From positions 5,375 through 69,374 of the forward strand of contig MFGB01000023.1 of NCBI GenBank assembly GCA_001780275.1: a DNA stretch of 64,000 nucleotides, read 5' to 3'. Positions within the stretch are counted from its first letter, which is position 1. Every line of letters begins with the position of its first letter. The notes below the pieces were generated by a model, which worked only from the letters and a program-made list of their open reading frames with translations, was not told where the DNA came from and searched no databases. Positions 9,967 through 18,975 of the stretch are shown piece by piece. Both the position numbers and the translations under genes were made by a program. The DNA comes from Candidatus Falkowbacteria bacterium RIFOXYA2_FULL_47_19 (GTDB lineage Bacteria > Patescibacteriota > Patescibacteriia > Patescibacteriales > UBA12075).

Positions 9967-10185
9967 CTGTGGATATGTCCAACTGATTTATTATAAAAAA
10001 TTAAACCCATGTTTAAATCTATATTAACCGTCATAACTAAACCCTCGACATCTGGCCCGAATTATCCATACTATAGTTTCGATATTTACTATATTTAAAT
10101 AATTTTTACAATTTAGCCTGAAATATTATATTAACCAATATTTAATAAAATAATAGTATATTCAAGGGGTATCTTAATATAAGCA

Positions 10186-10213
10186 TTGACAAATCACGCT
10201 AATGTGTTATATT
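10186..10213 (+). promoter_or_regulatory. sigma70-like promoter with extended -10
   Basis: TTGACA (10186-10191), a 16-nt spacer, then TGtTATATT (TG at 10205-10206, -10 at 10208-10213). It points at the hairpin pair downstream. Confidence 0.4.
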
Positions 10214-10220
10214 AAAGATA

Positions 10221-10283
10221 CAAATGGCCTTCGGGCTCCGAGACCCCATTTCTTCTTCGGAAGGGATGGGGATCGTCTTTTAT
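10221..10283 (+). ncRNA. candidate ~60-nt small RNA (two UUCG-capped hairpins + U-tract), convergent with the MazF-like gene
   Basis: Hairpin 1 is GGCC-UUCG-GGCU (10226-10237). Hairpin 2 is a 12-bp stem CCCCAUUUCUUC-UUCG-GAAGGGAUGGGG (10244-10271) whose two G.U pairs are valid only on the plus strand. It is followed by UCUUUUAU, a U-tract present only in plus sense. Confidence 0.35.
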
Positions 10284-10672
10284 AAGAGATCTTTTATTCT
10301 CTTTTTTGTTTCCTCAAATTCGTCCTCAGGCAAGTACCTCAACTTTCTGACCAATCTTTTGCTGCTTATTAGCCTTAGCTGTGATAACAAGATCGAATAA
10401 TCGAAATCGTCATAATTTACGACGTAATAAAATCTTCCCTCTTTCTTTTTACTGGACATCGGCACTCCCCAAAATACTTCCGGTCCGAATTTTCTAAGTA
10501 TTAAAACAGGCCTCTCGAATTTCGCGTTTTTACCATCCTGTTCAAATCCTATATTCGATCCTAAGCTGGCCCACCATATTTCCCGTTCCTTAAAATAGAC
10601 GATATCGTTTTCGTTTGATTCTATCCTGATCTTAAGTTTTGTCCACTCGATAATTCGTCTTAATTTTTCCAT
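10280..10672 (-). CDS. PemK/MazF-family endoribonuclease toxin, no adjacent antitoxin ORF
   Basis: 'REIWWASLGSNIGFEQDGKNAKFERPVLILR' and 'ILLSQLRLISSKRLVRKLRYL' align by eye with EndoA/MazF ('GDVYFADL..GSEQGGVRPVLVIQ', 'ILLEQIRTIDKQRL'). The upstream 280 bp contains no ORF longer than 30 aa on this strand. Confidence 0.8.
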   Translation of the reverse strand: MEKLRRIIEWTKLKIRIESNENDIVYFKEREIWWASLGSNIGFEQDGKNAKFERPVLILRKFGPEVFWGVPMSSKKKEGRFYYVVNYDDFDYSILLSQLRLISSKRLVRKLRYLPEDEFEETKKRIKDLL

Positions 10673-10958
10673 AAACTAATTTCATGATATAATATTTAAA
10701 TCATCAATTAGAAACATATATCATTGGTAATCCTGCCCGTGGATACGGGTCCGATATCCGCAAGTCTCGCCCAACAGCGGGATTTTTACATTTCGGCCAA
10801 TCTGCATTTTTACTATGATAATTATAGACTAGGCGGAAAATCCATATTTCCCCTAAACTATACCACCAAATCCCCACAAAATCAAGAAAAAGGACTAAAA
10901 ATAGCGCAGATATGAAATTTTCCTGGATTTTTTATAAAGAACAGATTAAATTACGTTT

Positions 10959-10987
10959 AAAAACCCGCGAAATGGTCGCGGGTTTTT
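10959..10987. terminator. bidirectional intrinsic terminator (copy 1 of a repeated module)
   Basis: AAACCCGCGA-aatgg-TCGCGGGTTT, with an A-run 5' and a T-run 3'. It lies just 3' of the 11016-13304 gene. Confidence 0.7.
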
Positions 10988-11015
10988 ATGAAAAAAATTA
11001 AAAATCTCTTCTGAA

Positions 11016-13304
11016 TCAAGGATTAATGGTATTAGGCAGGGTCACGGTCAGGCTGTCCGAGCTTATAATGCACTCCTCATAACCGTAAGAATAATCACAG
11101 CCGTCGATATACGCGCTTAAGCCCAGAGTGCCGCCGTAATAAAGCTTCCACCAGTCGTCGTACTGGTACTGCGGCCAGCCGTCGTGGTAAACGACCGTGG
11201 ACCAGCCGTGCATCGCCTCTTTATGCCCCGGCACCCAGTATTCGGCGGGAGTGAACACGATCGGGATAGCGATCATTTCCCCCGGTTCCAGGGGCGGAAC
11301 CGTGATAACGGTCGGTTCGAACATCTGGCCCTGGAGCGGCTCCGTTATCGCCACGCTTTCGCCGTAGGGCTCGATATTATGTATTGAACTGCCGACCGGC
11401 CCGGCGTTATGGGCGCCGTTGTAGAAATAAAGCCGATAGGGCGCTCCGGCCAGGCCGCCGCCCGGAAGATTATTCCTTTTTATCTCGAGCGTCACCTGGG
11501 CATTGCGGTGGGTGGCTAAAGGATCCGGATGCGCCTTGACCCCGGGAGGCAGGCACAAGGGCTCGATCCCCTGCCTATGGGCCTCTTCCGCGCCTAAGCA
11601 GGCCGGGTTCGTGTTCTTCTGGCTGTCCAAAACCTGCCTTAGCTTATCCTTGATCAACTCTTTGCAGGCGACATCGGGGCAGCCGGCCTGGGCCGCGATC
11701 TCGCTCGCCAGATAATCGAAGCCGCCGTCCACGAGCTCGTCGAAATTCGGGATCGTCGGCGGAATGCCCATGGCCGCCAAACCGATATCGAGGCCGGCGC
11801 TGATTGCCATCTTGCAGGCCGGGTCTCCGCCGCAGACCGCGCCCGCGACCGCGTCCACGACGGCGGATTTTAAGGCGTTATAGGCCTCCGATATCCAGTT
11901 CAGGCCGCTTTTGGCGAAATCCCAGAACAACTCGTACCATGCCTGTTCGCCGACCCCCTGATAGGTCGCCGGGCAGACGCGGTCGCCCGCCTTCTTGTTG
12001 ACACCCATACCGACCCAGTCGGTATCGAGGATCACGGCGCCGGTGCAGACGCCGGGCGCGGGCGCGCGGATCGGCTCGAAATCCCTGATCTTCACTTCGT
12101 ATATCTTGGCCGGCGCGTAAAACTCAAGGTCTGACTGCTCTTCTGGCTCGGTCAGCGTGATCTTTGCCTCGTTCGTGGCCGCGCCGACGACCCGGCCGTT
12201 CTTGGTCGGTACGACCCGCAGGTAGTATTCGTTATGGGGAATCTCTAGATTGGCGATCAGGCTTTCCTTATCCGCGGTCATTACCGGAGTCGATTTATAA
12301 AAAATTTTTGCCGCGAAACGGACCGGCGCCATGACCACGGCCTTGATCTTCGCGATGAGCCGATGCCAGAAACCGGTTCCGGCCTCTGCGGACGGCGCCG
12401 GACGGGCGCTTGCGGACGGCGGCGCCAGGGTATCGGAGTCCGCGTTATAGAAGGCGTTTGACGCGGCCACGGACAGTTTTCCGGACAATCCGGCCGAAAA
12501 ATCCTTGAGGGCCGCGGCTGACAGGCCCACCAGGCCGGCGTCGAAAGGCGATACGCCGGTAGAGATCGGCCGCGAATAAACTATACGCGGATCGTCGTTA
12601 TTTACGAAAGAATAATATGACACCTGCAAAAGACCCTCTTTAATATCGTCCCGGCCGGTGCTATAGCGGATATCCCGGTCCCGGTTATCCGACCGGACGG
12701 AAACCTCGCGCTGCCAATGCGTCATACCCATATCCCCCGAACAGCCGCTATCAAGGCCGCAGATATCGAGTAAGGCTCCGACGTCGACCTTGGAAAAATC
12801 CAGGGACAACGCGCCGGCCGGTTTCTCTTGGGCCCGCTCGATATCCGGCGCGATCACCGGCTTAAGCGGTCCCGCGCCGGTCGTTAGATCGTTCGAGGCG
12901 GACGGAGCGGACGGCGCTGCGGTCGGCGTAGGCGTTACGGACGGAAGCGGCGGCAGGACGGAGCCTGATTCCGCGGTACCGGTATCAGGTACAGTGTCGG
13001 ACGAATCGGTTTCGGCCGGAACGGCAGGCGCCGGCGCGGCCGCCGCGGCGCCGTCGGTCTCCGGTTCTTCGGCCGGAGGGGCATCTTCCGGAACCGGGAC
13101 AATGACGGTCGAGGTGGCTAAGAGCCCAGGCTCATCGGGCTCGGGCGTGACTATCGGCCGGACGGAAGGGGTTATAGCCGTGAATTCGAGATCGGTCGGA
13201 GCGACTATCGGCTTAACGGTCCTGAAATCCAGGGCCAGGGCCGGGCTTACGGACGAGAAGGCGAAAACCGCCACCAGGCAGACGACGATGTTCTTTTTAA
13301 GCAT
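11016..13304 (-). CDS. large secreted protein, Pro/Ala-rich N-terminal linker, function unknown
   Basis: Signal peptide MLKKNIVVCLVAVFAFSSVSPALA, a low-complexity P/A/T/S region, then a Cys-containing globular C-terminal part. I recognise no domain. Confidence 0.6.
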   Translation of the reverse strand: MLKKNIVVCLVAVFAFSSVSPALALDFRTVKPIVAPTDLEFTAITPSVRPIVTPEPDEPGLLATSTVIVPVPEDAPPAEEPETDGAAAAAPAPAVPAETDSSDTVPDTGTAESGSVLPPLPSVTPTPTAAPSAPSASNDLTTGAGPLKPVIAPDIERAQEKPAGALSLDFSKVDVGALLDICGLDSGCSGDMGMTHWQREVSVRSDNRDRDIRYSTGRDDIKEGLLQVSYYSFVNNDDPRIVYSRPISTGVSPFDAGLVGLSAAALKDFSAGLSGKLSVAASNAFYNADSDTLAPPSASARPAPSAEAGTGFWHRLIAKIKAVVMAPVRFAAKIFYKSTPVMTADKESLIANLEIPHNEYYLRVVPTKNGRVVGAATNEAKITLTEPEEQSDLEFYAPAKIYEVKIRDFEPIRAPAPGVCTGAVILDTDWVGMGVNKKAGDRVCPATYQGVGEQAWYELFWDFAKSGLNWISEAYNALKSAVVDAVAGAVCGGDPACKMAISAGLDIGLAAMGIPPTIPNFDELVDGGFDYLASEIAAQAGCPDVACKELIKDKLRQVLDSQKNTNPACLGAEEAHRQGIEPLCLPPGVKAHPDPLATHRNAQVTLEIKRNNLPGGGLAGAPYRLYFYNGAHNAGPVGSSIHNIEPYGESVAITEPLQGQMFEPTVITVPPLEPGEMIAIPIVFTPAEYWVPGHKEAMHGWSTVVYHDGWPQYQYDDWWKLYYGGTLGLSAYIDGCDYSYGYEECIISSDSLTVTLPNTINP

Positions 13305-13334
13305 AAAAAATAGTATTTATAGAGTTGATAAAAT

Positions 13335-13985
13335 TTATATTTCCTTAAACCCGTCTTTCGTAATCACTAAGTGATCCCTAAGCTCGATCCCCATAAGCCT
13401 GCCGGCGTCTTTGAGTCTTCGGGTAAGATCAATATCGGCCGCGGACGGCTCGACTCCCCCGGAGGGGTGGTTATGGGCGACTATTATCGAGGCCGCCAGG
13501 TGCTCGACCGCCGGATAGAAAACCTCCCGGGGATGGACAAGGTTCGCGTTTAAAGTGCCGATCGAGATCGTTTCCTTATGGATGAGCTGGTTCCGGGCGT
13601 TGAGGTAAAGGACCGCGAAATGTTCCTTTTTGGCCGCCCGCAGTTCCTGGAGCTGCGCCACCGCGTCCTTGGCGCACGAGATCGTCGGCAGATTATTATC
13701 CTCGTGCTCTATCGCCCGTTTCGTAAGCTCGAAGGCCGCCAAAAGCAGGCAGGCCTTGGCCGGGCCAATACCCTTTATCTTCGACAGGGTATTATAATCC
13801 AGGGACAAAAGCTTTTTCGTCGGGAATTTATTTAAAATATCCCGGGCGACGGCGAAAACGTCCCGGCCCTCGATTCCCGTCCCCAGGAGTATGGCCATAA
13901 GCTCGGCGTCGCGCAAATTGACCGCGCCTTTCCCGATCAATTTTTCCCTGGGCTGTTCGTGTTTGGCTAAATTTTTTATCGGCAT
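13335..13985 (-). CDS. radC: RadC-family JAB/MPN domain protein
   Basis: N-terminal HhH region ('[19 protein letters not shown]...IKGIGPAKA') and a C-terminal JAMM motif ('VAHNHPSGGVEPSAADIDLT'). Confidence 0.9.
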   Translation of the reverse strand: MPIKNLAKHEQPREKLIGKGAVNLRDAELMAILLGTGIEGRDVFAVARDILNKFPTKKLLSLDYNTLSKIKGIGPAKACLLLAAFELTKRAIEHEDNNLPTISCAKDAVAQLQELRAAKKEHFAVLYLNARNQLIHKETISIGTLNANLVHPREVFYPAVEHLAASIIVAHNHPSGGVEPSAADIDLTRRLKDAGRLMGIELRDHLVITKDGFKEI

Positions 13986-14000
13986 ATTTTCTTACTTTAA

Positions 14001-14029
14001 AATATACCACCAAACTCTCTTAAAATCAA
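14001..14029 (-). promoter_or_regulatory. radC promoter (TTGATT-N17-TGgTATATT)
   Basis: Minus-strand reading gives TTGATT (14029-14024), a 17-nt spacer and TATATT (14006-14001) preceded by TG. The ATG is at 13985. Confidence 0.5.
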
Positions 14030-14089
14030 TTAAAAAACCGACCAAAAAATAGTTATAAAATTTTTATGATGAAGAAAAAATCAATTTTA

Positions 14090-14114
14090 AAACCCGCGAA
14101 ATGATCGCGGGTTT
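14090..14114. terminator. copy 2 of the ACCCGCGA/TCGCGGGT terminator module
   Basis: AAACCCGCGA-aatga-TCGCGGGTTT. It is almost identical to 10959-10987 apart from one loop base. Confidence 0.6.
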
Positions 14115-14287
14115 ATATGAATAATAGAAAAAACATACTATTTCCTGATCATCCTGATAGTCATATATTATATAAAAGATTCTTTAAAAAATTCCAAGAG
14201 TAAGTCTTTGTCATCCTGGGTTCCGCCCGCGGCGGAAACCCGGGATCCAGGTATTAAAGCATTGTACAAATTATATGATATTATTGT

Positions 14288-14509
14288 TTAAAAATTTAAT
14301 ACATTGGGATAGAATATTTTATTAACGCTATTCATCCCTGGGACCGGAAATTTTCCCAGGATATCCCGGGCGACCGCGAATACGTCCCGGCCCTCGATCC
14401 CGGTTCCCAAAAGGATCGCCATGAGTTCGGCGTCGCGCAGATTTTCCGGACCGCGCTCGATAAGCTTTTCGCGTGGTTTTTCGTGCTTGGCTAAATCTTT
14501 TATGGACAT
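14288..14509 (-). pseudogene. truncated radC paralog (first ~54 codons only)
   Basis: [55 protein letters not shown] matches RadC residues 1-54, then diverges into unrelated sequence and stops. DNA homology runs about 14361-14571 versus 13838-14046. Confidence 0.7.
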
Positions 14510-14524
14510 ATTTTCTTACTTTAA

Positions 14525-14553
14525 AATATACCACCAAACTCCCTTAAAATCAA
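14525..14553 (-). promoter_or_regulatory. duplicated copy of the radC promoter
   Basis: The same TTGATT-N17-TATATT arrangement. The 66-bp upstream segment differs from the 13983-14046 copy at only 2 positions. Confidence 0.45.
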
Positions 14554-14682
14554 TTAAAAGACCGACAAAAAAACCGCCCTTTCGGTCGGTCTTTTTTCAA
14601 GCGTAAAAAATATTCTACCTGGCTCTTTCAAATTTCTCTTCGATTTCCCGGTCGTCCTTCTCTCCTCTCGCGGCCGTTCAGC

Positions 14683-15378
14683 TTAATTGATCCAGTGCCC
14701 GGCCGGCAAAGCGTTGCAAGCGGCGGCGGCGTAGGGCTGGACCTCGGCGGTATAAGGGTCGCCGCCGTAATCGTAGTGCCAGGTAACGATCTCGTCTGCG
14801 GTTTCGGCGCCTATGCGGCAGCCACCGATCGTCGGGCGCGGGCAGGGCGAAATCTTAAAAGCGCCGCCGCAATTCAAGGCCGCCCTATTGCCGGACCAGT
14901 TCGCGCCGATATATTCAACGCAGGTACTGCCGTCGCCGATCCGGTCGCATGACCCGCGGGCCTTGTTTTTGAGATCCTCGCTTAAAGTTATCTCCTCGCC
15001 CGAGTCGGGGCTCGTGGGCTCATCCGGGTCGATCTCTTCGCCGGAATCGGGACCGTCCGGACTCTCATCAACATCGATCTCTTCGCCCGAGTCCGGCCCT
15101 TCGTTAACATCGATCTCTTCGCCCGAGTCCGGTCCTTCGTTAACATCGATCTCTTCGCCCGAGTCCGGTCCATCCGGCTCTTTATCAAAATCAATTTCTT
15201 CGCCGGAATCGGGACCGTCCGGACTCTCATCAACATCGATCTCTTCGCCCGAGTCCGGCCCTTCGTTAACATCGATCTCTTCGCCGGAATCGGGACCGTC
15301 CGGCTGGAATGACAAGGCGCAGCCGGAAAAAAAGACCAGGGCCACGAGCATTAATAAAGTTAAATAAGTTTTTTTCAT
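14683..15378 (-). CDS. lipoprotein with acidic tandem repeats and a Cys-rich C-terminal domain
   Basis: Lipobox 'VFFSGC', at least 8 copies of 'GPDSGEEID(V/F/P)(N/D)E', and a C-terminal domain with 8 Cys. Confidence 0.7.
   Translation of the reverse strand: MKKTYLTLLMLVALVFFSGCALSFQPDGPDSGEEIDVNEGPDSGEEIDVDESPDGPDSGEEIDFDKEPDGPDSGEEIDVNEGPDSGEEIDVNEGPDSGEEIDVDESPDGPDSGEEIDPDEPTSPDSGEEITLSEDLKNKARGSCDRIGDGSTCVEYIGANWSGNRAALNCGGAFKISPCPRPTIGGCRIGAETADEIVTWHYDYGGDPYTAEVQPYAAAACNALPAGHWIN
14995..15305. repeat. in-frame tandem repeat (36-bp and 54-bp units; 162-bp higher-order copy)
   Basis: Reiterated atcgatctcttcgcccgagtccgg(c/t)ccttcgttaac units. The block around 15050-15120 recurs at around 15212-15280. 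Confidence 0.85.
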
Positions 15379-15409
15379 ACGATTTTTTTATAAACGCGGG
15401 CTCTCCGGC

Positions 15410-15892
15410 TTAACTCTGCACCTCGCCCGCGATCACGACATAATTATGCCCGTATTTTTTTTCGCATTTCGGGCAAGTCGTGTACCACATATACATTTTT
15501 TTGACGGCCATTCCCTTTTCTTTGGCATAATTCTCGAAGTCCTGGCACCATTTACCCGTGTCCTTGAAGGGACCCTCGTAAACTTTAAAAAGGAACTTTC
15601 CGCTTAAAGTCACGTTCTCCGCGCCCGGCACGTCCTTATCGACCGCAAGATAAAGATCCATGTTCCATTTCGAAGTATGGTCCGACAAACAAAGATTATC
15701 GGATGTTTTCGCCCCGGCCGCCTCCGTCTTGGCAACCATCCTTTTAATGACCGCGCCGAAGTTGATCGGCATATAGAACAAGGTAAAGACCTTGTCTTTG
15801 ATGAATTTTTTGCCTTCCCATTCGAATACCTTCCCGTCCCAGGGGGCGGGATCGAATTTAGGGCAGCATTCCTGGTTTTTTTCCTGATCCAT
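15410..15892 (-). CDS. conserved hypothetical cytoplasmic protein (CPKF...CPKC motifs)
   Basis: A clean 160-aa ORF with balanced composition. N-terminal 'CCPKFDPAPW' and C-terminal 'YTTCPKCEKKYGHNYVV'. I cannot name the family with confidence. Confidence 0.6.
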   Translation of the reverse strand: MDQEKNQECCPKFDPAPWDGKVFEWEGKKFIKDKVFTLFYMPINFGAVIKRMVAKTEAAGAKTSDNLCLSDHTSKWNMDLYLAVDKDVPGAENVTLSGKFLFKVYEGPFKDTGKWCQDFENYAKEKGMAVKKMYMWYTTCPKCEKKYGHNYVVIAGEVQS

Positions 15893-16024
15893 AAATTTAT
15901 AAATATAACTTAATTACTCCTTGATTTTACCACCTTATTCCGATATAAGCAAAAAAAATCGGCCCTTTTCGGACCGGGACGGAAAATTAAAAAGGCTCTT
16001 TATATAAGAGCCTTTTGTTTTGCT

Positions 16025-17062
16025 TTATTTACCGTCTTGGGCCACTTTTTGCAGGCCCATGACGTTCAGTAGTTCGTTAACGTTGGTGGTCTTGAGGTTC
16101 ATGCCTCCTTCGCCGCCGACGGGCAGGAGAAAGATCTTCTTTCCCTGGAGCGCCTCGGCCAGGCGGAGCTTAACGATCGCTTCGCCGCCGCTGCCGGAGA
16201 GGGCCTTGTTCATCTCGTCGATGGCTTTGGCTTCGGCAATGCCTTCGGCCCGGATAGCTTTGGCGATATTCGCCTGCTGATCGTAGTAGGCGTCAACCTC
16301 GATCTTGGCTTTGCGGAACTGGCCGTCAACTTCGGCCATCGCCTTGTTGACCTCGCCCTGCGCGTCCTCGACTTTCTTCTTGTAATCCTCGAAGGCCGCG
16401 TGCTGGGCGGACCGGTTTTTCCCCACTTCCTGATCGGCGATCTTTTTGTCTTCGATCGCCTTCTGGTATTCGGGATTGAATCGGTAATCCTTGGTAAGGA
16501 CCCGCTCGACGATGATACCCATCGGATCAAGGATCTCGTGCAGAGCGGCCCGGGCTTTCTCGGCCTGTTGGTCGCGCTTTTCGGCTACGTAGAATTCCTC
16601 GGTCGTAAGCTCGCCGAAAATATCGCGGGGCTTCGAGCGGGCGACCGCCCGGAAGATCTTCTGCCGGAGCGTCCGGTCGTTAGGGGCCACGTGTTGGCGG
16701 ATATAAGGCGCTTTAGCCGGATCGATCCGGTAAACTATGATCACATCAAGCCCGACATCGTTGCCGTCGATCGTTTTGAAGGGCAGGTCGTCGCGGCTGG
16801 CGCGATCGCCCTTGCCCTGCTCCAGCGTCATCTCGACGTTTTGGAGTTTCGCGTCGAAGGTGTCCCAGTCGTTCACGAAGGGGAGGAAAAAATAGGTCGA
16901 GCCAGGCGGATAGGCCTTGTCCTCGACGCCCTTGTCGCCGAAGATGGCGATTTTCCTGGTTCGGACACCGATTTCGGTTTCGCCGGTCGTGTGAGGCATG
17001 CACCCAAAGAAGACGGGCAGAAGGAATACGGCCGCCAAAAAAGACATCACGTGTTTTTTCAT
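16025..17062 (-). CDS. SPFH/band-7 domain lipoprotein (HflC/prohibitin-like)
   Basis: Lipobox 'VFFGC', an SPFH core ('GSTYFFLPFVNDWDTFDAKLQNVEMT...VIIVYRIDPAKAPYI') and a coiled-coil tail. Confidence 0.8.
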   Translation of the reverse strand: MKKHVMSFLAAVFLLPVFFGCMPHTTGETEIGVRTRKIAIFGDKGVEDKAYPPGSTYFFLPFVNDWDTFDAKLQNVEMTLEQGKGDRASRDDLPFKTIDGNDVGLDVIIVYRIDPAKAPYIRQHVAPNDRTLRQKIFRAVARSKPRDIFGELTTEEFYVAEKRDQQAEKARAALHEILDPMGIIVERVLTKDYRFNPEYQKAIEDKKIADQEVGKNRSAQHAAFEDYKKKVEDAQGEVNKAMAEVDGQFRKAKIEVDAYYDQQANIAKAIRAEGIAEAKAIDEMNKALSGSGGEAIVKLRLAEALQGKKIFLLPVGGEGGMNLKTTNVNELLNVMGLQKVAQDGK

Positions 17063-17063
17063 G

Positions 17064-18161
17064 CTATTTGCCCTCCCTGATGTCGAAGAGTTTAAGGTCC
17101 TTGTCGAGGTCGAGCGGATTTATTCCGTTCGCGCCGTCGCTCGGCAGAACTATGGTCTCGAGACCTTTATACACGTCGGCCATTTTAAGGCCGACCATGC
17201 GCTCCGCGCCGGCTCCCTGCAGGGCTTCGTTCCGGAGTTTGACCTTGCTTGCTTCGGCCAGCTGGACGAGAAGGTCCGCTTCCGCGCGCTTGGTGCGCCT
17301 GTACTGCGATATTTCGCCCATCTTGCGGGCGACATAAGCCTGGCCTTCTTCCAGCCTGACGGCGACATTGGCCCTGCCTTCCTCTTCCGTCTTTTTGACG
17401 AGCGCCGCTTCCTTCGCCGCCGCGGCCCGGGACTTGTTCGTGAAGACCAGCTGGTCTTTGAGTTTCTTCTCCTCGATATTCCTCTGGATCTCAGGGCTGT
17501 AGACGAAATACCGTACCAGCACCTGATCGACCTCGATCCCCTTGGCCGCCAATTCGGCGTTCAAGACTACCTTAGCCTCGTTGGCCTTGTCTACGCGCTT
17601 AAAGGGGTTATAGAAATCCTCGGTCGTAAGCTTGCCGAGAGTGGCTTTGAGAGCCGGTTCGGCTTTCGGGATGATGCCGTTGTCCTCGAAAAGCTTTCCC
17701 GGACCGATCTTGGTGAACGTCAGGTACGGGTCTTTAATGCGGTACAATATCGAAACGTCCACGTCCACGAAAAAGCCGTCCGAAGTCTGGATATGAGCGG
17801 CTTTCTCTATTCTGGCGCCCAGGGCGGCCGAATCGGAATACTTCGTCAGTTCCAGAACCTGCTGGTTCCGGGGAAGAGCGAACATCGATTGCGTACCGGG
17901 GATAACGGGGTGCAGGCCGGGCCCATAGACCTTTGTCTGGACGCCGCGATGCATCCCTATCTTGACCACCTTGATCCCGTATTCATCGGGTTCGATATAT
18001 ACTGTGCAGATAAAATAGGCGATCATGAGCAAAAAAAACGCTCCGGCCGCGATCTTTAGTTTCATTCCGGCGCCATGGAGCGCCTTAACGAGCACTCCTG
18101 CGGCTTTCTTGCCCTTGCTGGGCCGATCGTCATCATCCTCGTAATCACGTTTTCCGAACAT
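17064..18161 (-). CDS. SPFH/band-7 domain membrane protein (HflK-like partner)
   Basis: An N-terminal TM helix, then 'YIEPDEYGIKVVKIG...GPGLHPVIPGTQSMFALP...VSILYRIKDPY' and a coiled-coil. There is a 1-nt gap to the downstream SPFH gene. Confidence 0.8.
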   Translation of the reverse strand: MFGKRDYEDDDDRPSKGKKAAGVLVKALHGAGMKLKIAAGAFFLLMIAYFICTVYIEPDEYGIKVVKIGMHRGVQTKVYGPGLHPVIPGTQSMFALPRNQQVLELTKYSDSAALGARIEKAAHIQTSDGFFVDVDVSILYRIKDPYLTFTKIGPGKLFEDNGIIPKAEPALKATLGKLTTEDFYNPFKRVDKANEAKVVLNAELAAKGIEVDQVLVRYFVYSPEIQRNIEEKKLKDQLVFTNKSRAAAAKEAALVKKTEEEGRANVAVRLEEGQAYVARKMGEISQYRRTKRAEADLLVQLAEASKVKLRNEALQGAGAERMVGLKMADVYKGLETIVLPSDGANGINPLDLDKDLKLFDIREGK

Positions 18162-18488
18162 GCTTTTCTCCTTTCAGTTTCATCGTTTTTGAAAAAAACA
18201 AAAAAAGCCTTTTACACCTCCTTTCCCAGCGTGATAATATTTTCATTTTTAAAAGACCGTGAAACTTCATGATAAAGAAGTTCATGAAATATTAACAAAT
18301 AATTAAAATTTTGTCAATAGCTTGCCCTTAAAAATATTCTTTAAAAAATATTTAATATTAGATAAAAATAAAAAATAACTTTAAATACCGCTTGATTTTT
18401 TTTTAATTATGTGCTTATATAGTAAATAATATTCATTGATCGGTTCTTTTTTAAAAAGCCGCAAACCAACGAAAAGGAGAAAAAAAAC

Positions 18489-18872
18489 ATGAACGACAAG
18501 CTCGGTTCAAGATTATCGGCCTTGGCGATCAACCGCCTGTGGTTTTGGGTGTGCCTCGTCTTCGCCCTTTGCCTCCTGGACCCGCTGCCGATCGATCCCA
18601 TCCCGTTTTTCGGGGTACCGGGAGCCGCGGTCAGTTTGATCTTCTTTTGGATCTCCTATCACCTCCATTTCAACCGCCACAAGAGGCTGCGGATGTCCGC
18701 CATCGCCGCCCTGGCCGAAGAGGGTAACCTGACCGTAAACAAAGTCGCGGACACTCTTAAAATAAGAAAAGAAAAGGCGGAGAGCCTTCTGGAAGAAATG
18801 CTTGAACAGGATATGCTCACCCGAACCGGCGAAAAAAAGAAAAAAACCACCACCTATTCCTTGCGGCCGTAG
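18489..18872 (+). CDS. small membrane protein with a C-terminal wHTH-like tail, hypothetical
   Basis: AAGGAG-type RBS before the ATG, two TM segments and a C-terminal 'EEGNLTVNKVADTLKIRKEKAESLLEEMLEQDMLTR'. Confidence 0.5.
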   Translation: MNDKLGSRLSALAINRLWFWVCLVFALCLLDPLPIDPIPFFGVPGAAVSLIFFWISYHLHFNRHKRLRMSAIAALAEEGNLTVNKVADTLKIRKEKAESLLEEMLEQDMLTRTGEKKKKTTTYSLRP

Positions 18873-18975
18873 GACGTAAATAAAACGCAAAAAAATCTCC
18901 CGACTTAAAAAGCCGGGATTTTTATTGCTTAAAAATTTATGATTTTAAAACGGAGTATCCCGGGTCCCGCCTGTC

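Noticed and set aside
16998-18059. Long plus-strand ORFs antisense to GC-rich minus-strand genes. Examples are 16998-18059 (353 aa), 16400-17080, 12790-13374, 35528-36124, 43280-43948, 14813-15367, 32913-33590 and 39511-39882.
   Set aside because: They mirror genes with clear signal peptides or domains on the other strand. They are Arg/Pro/Gly-rich with no motifs, and are typical shadow ORFs of high-GC coding DNA.
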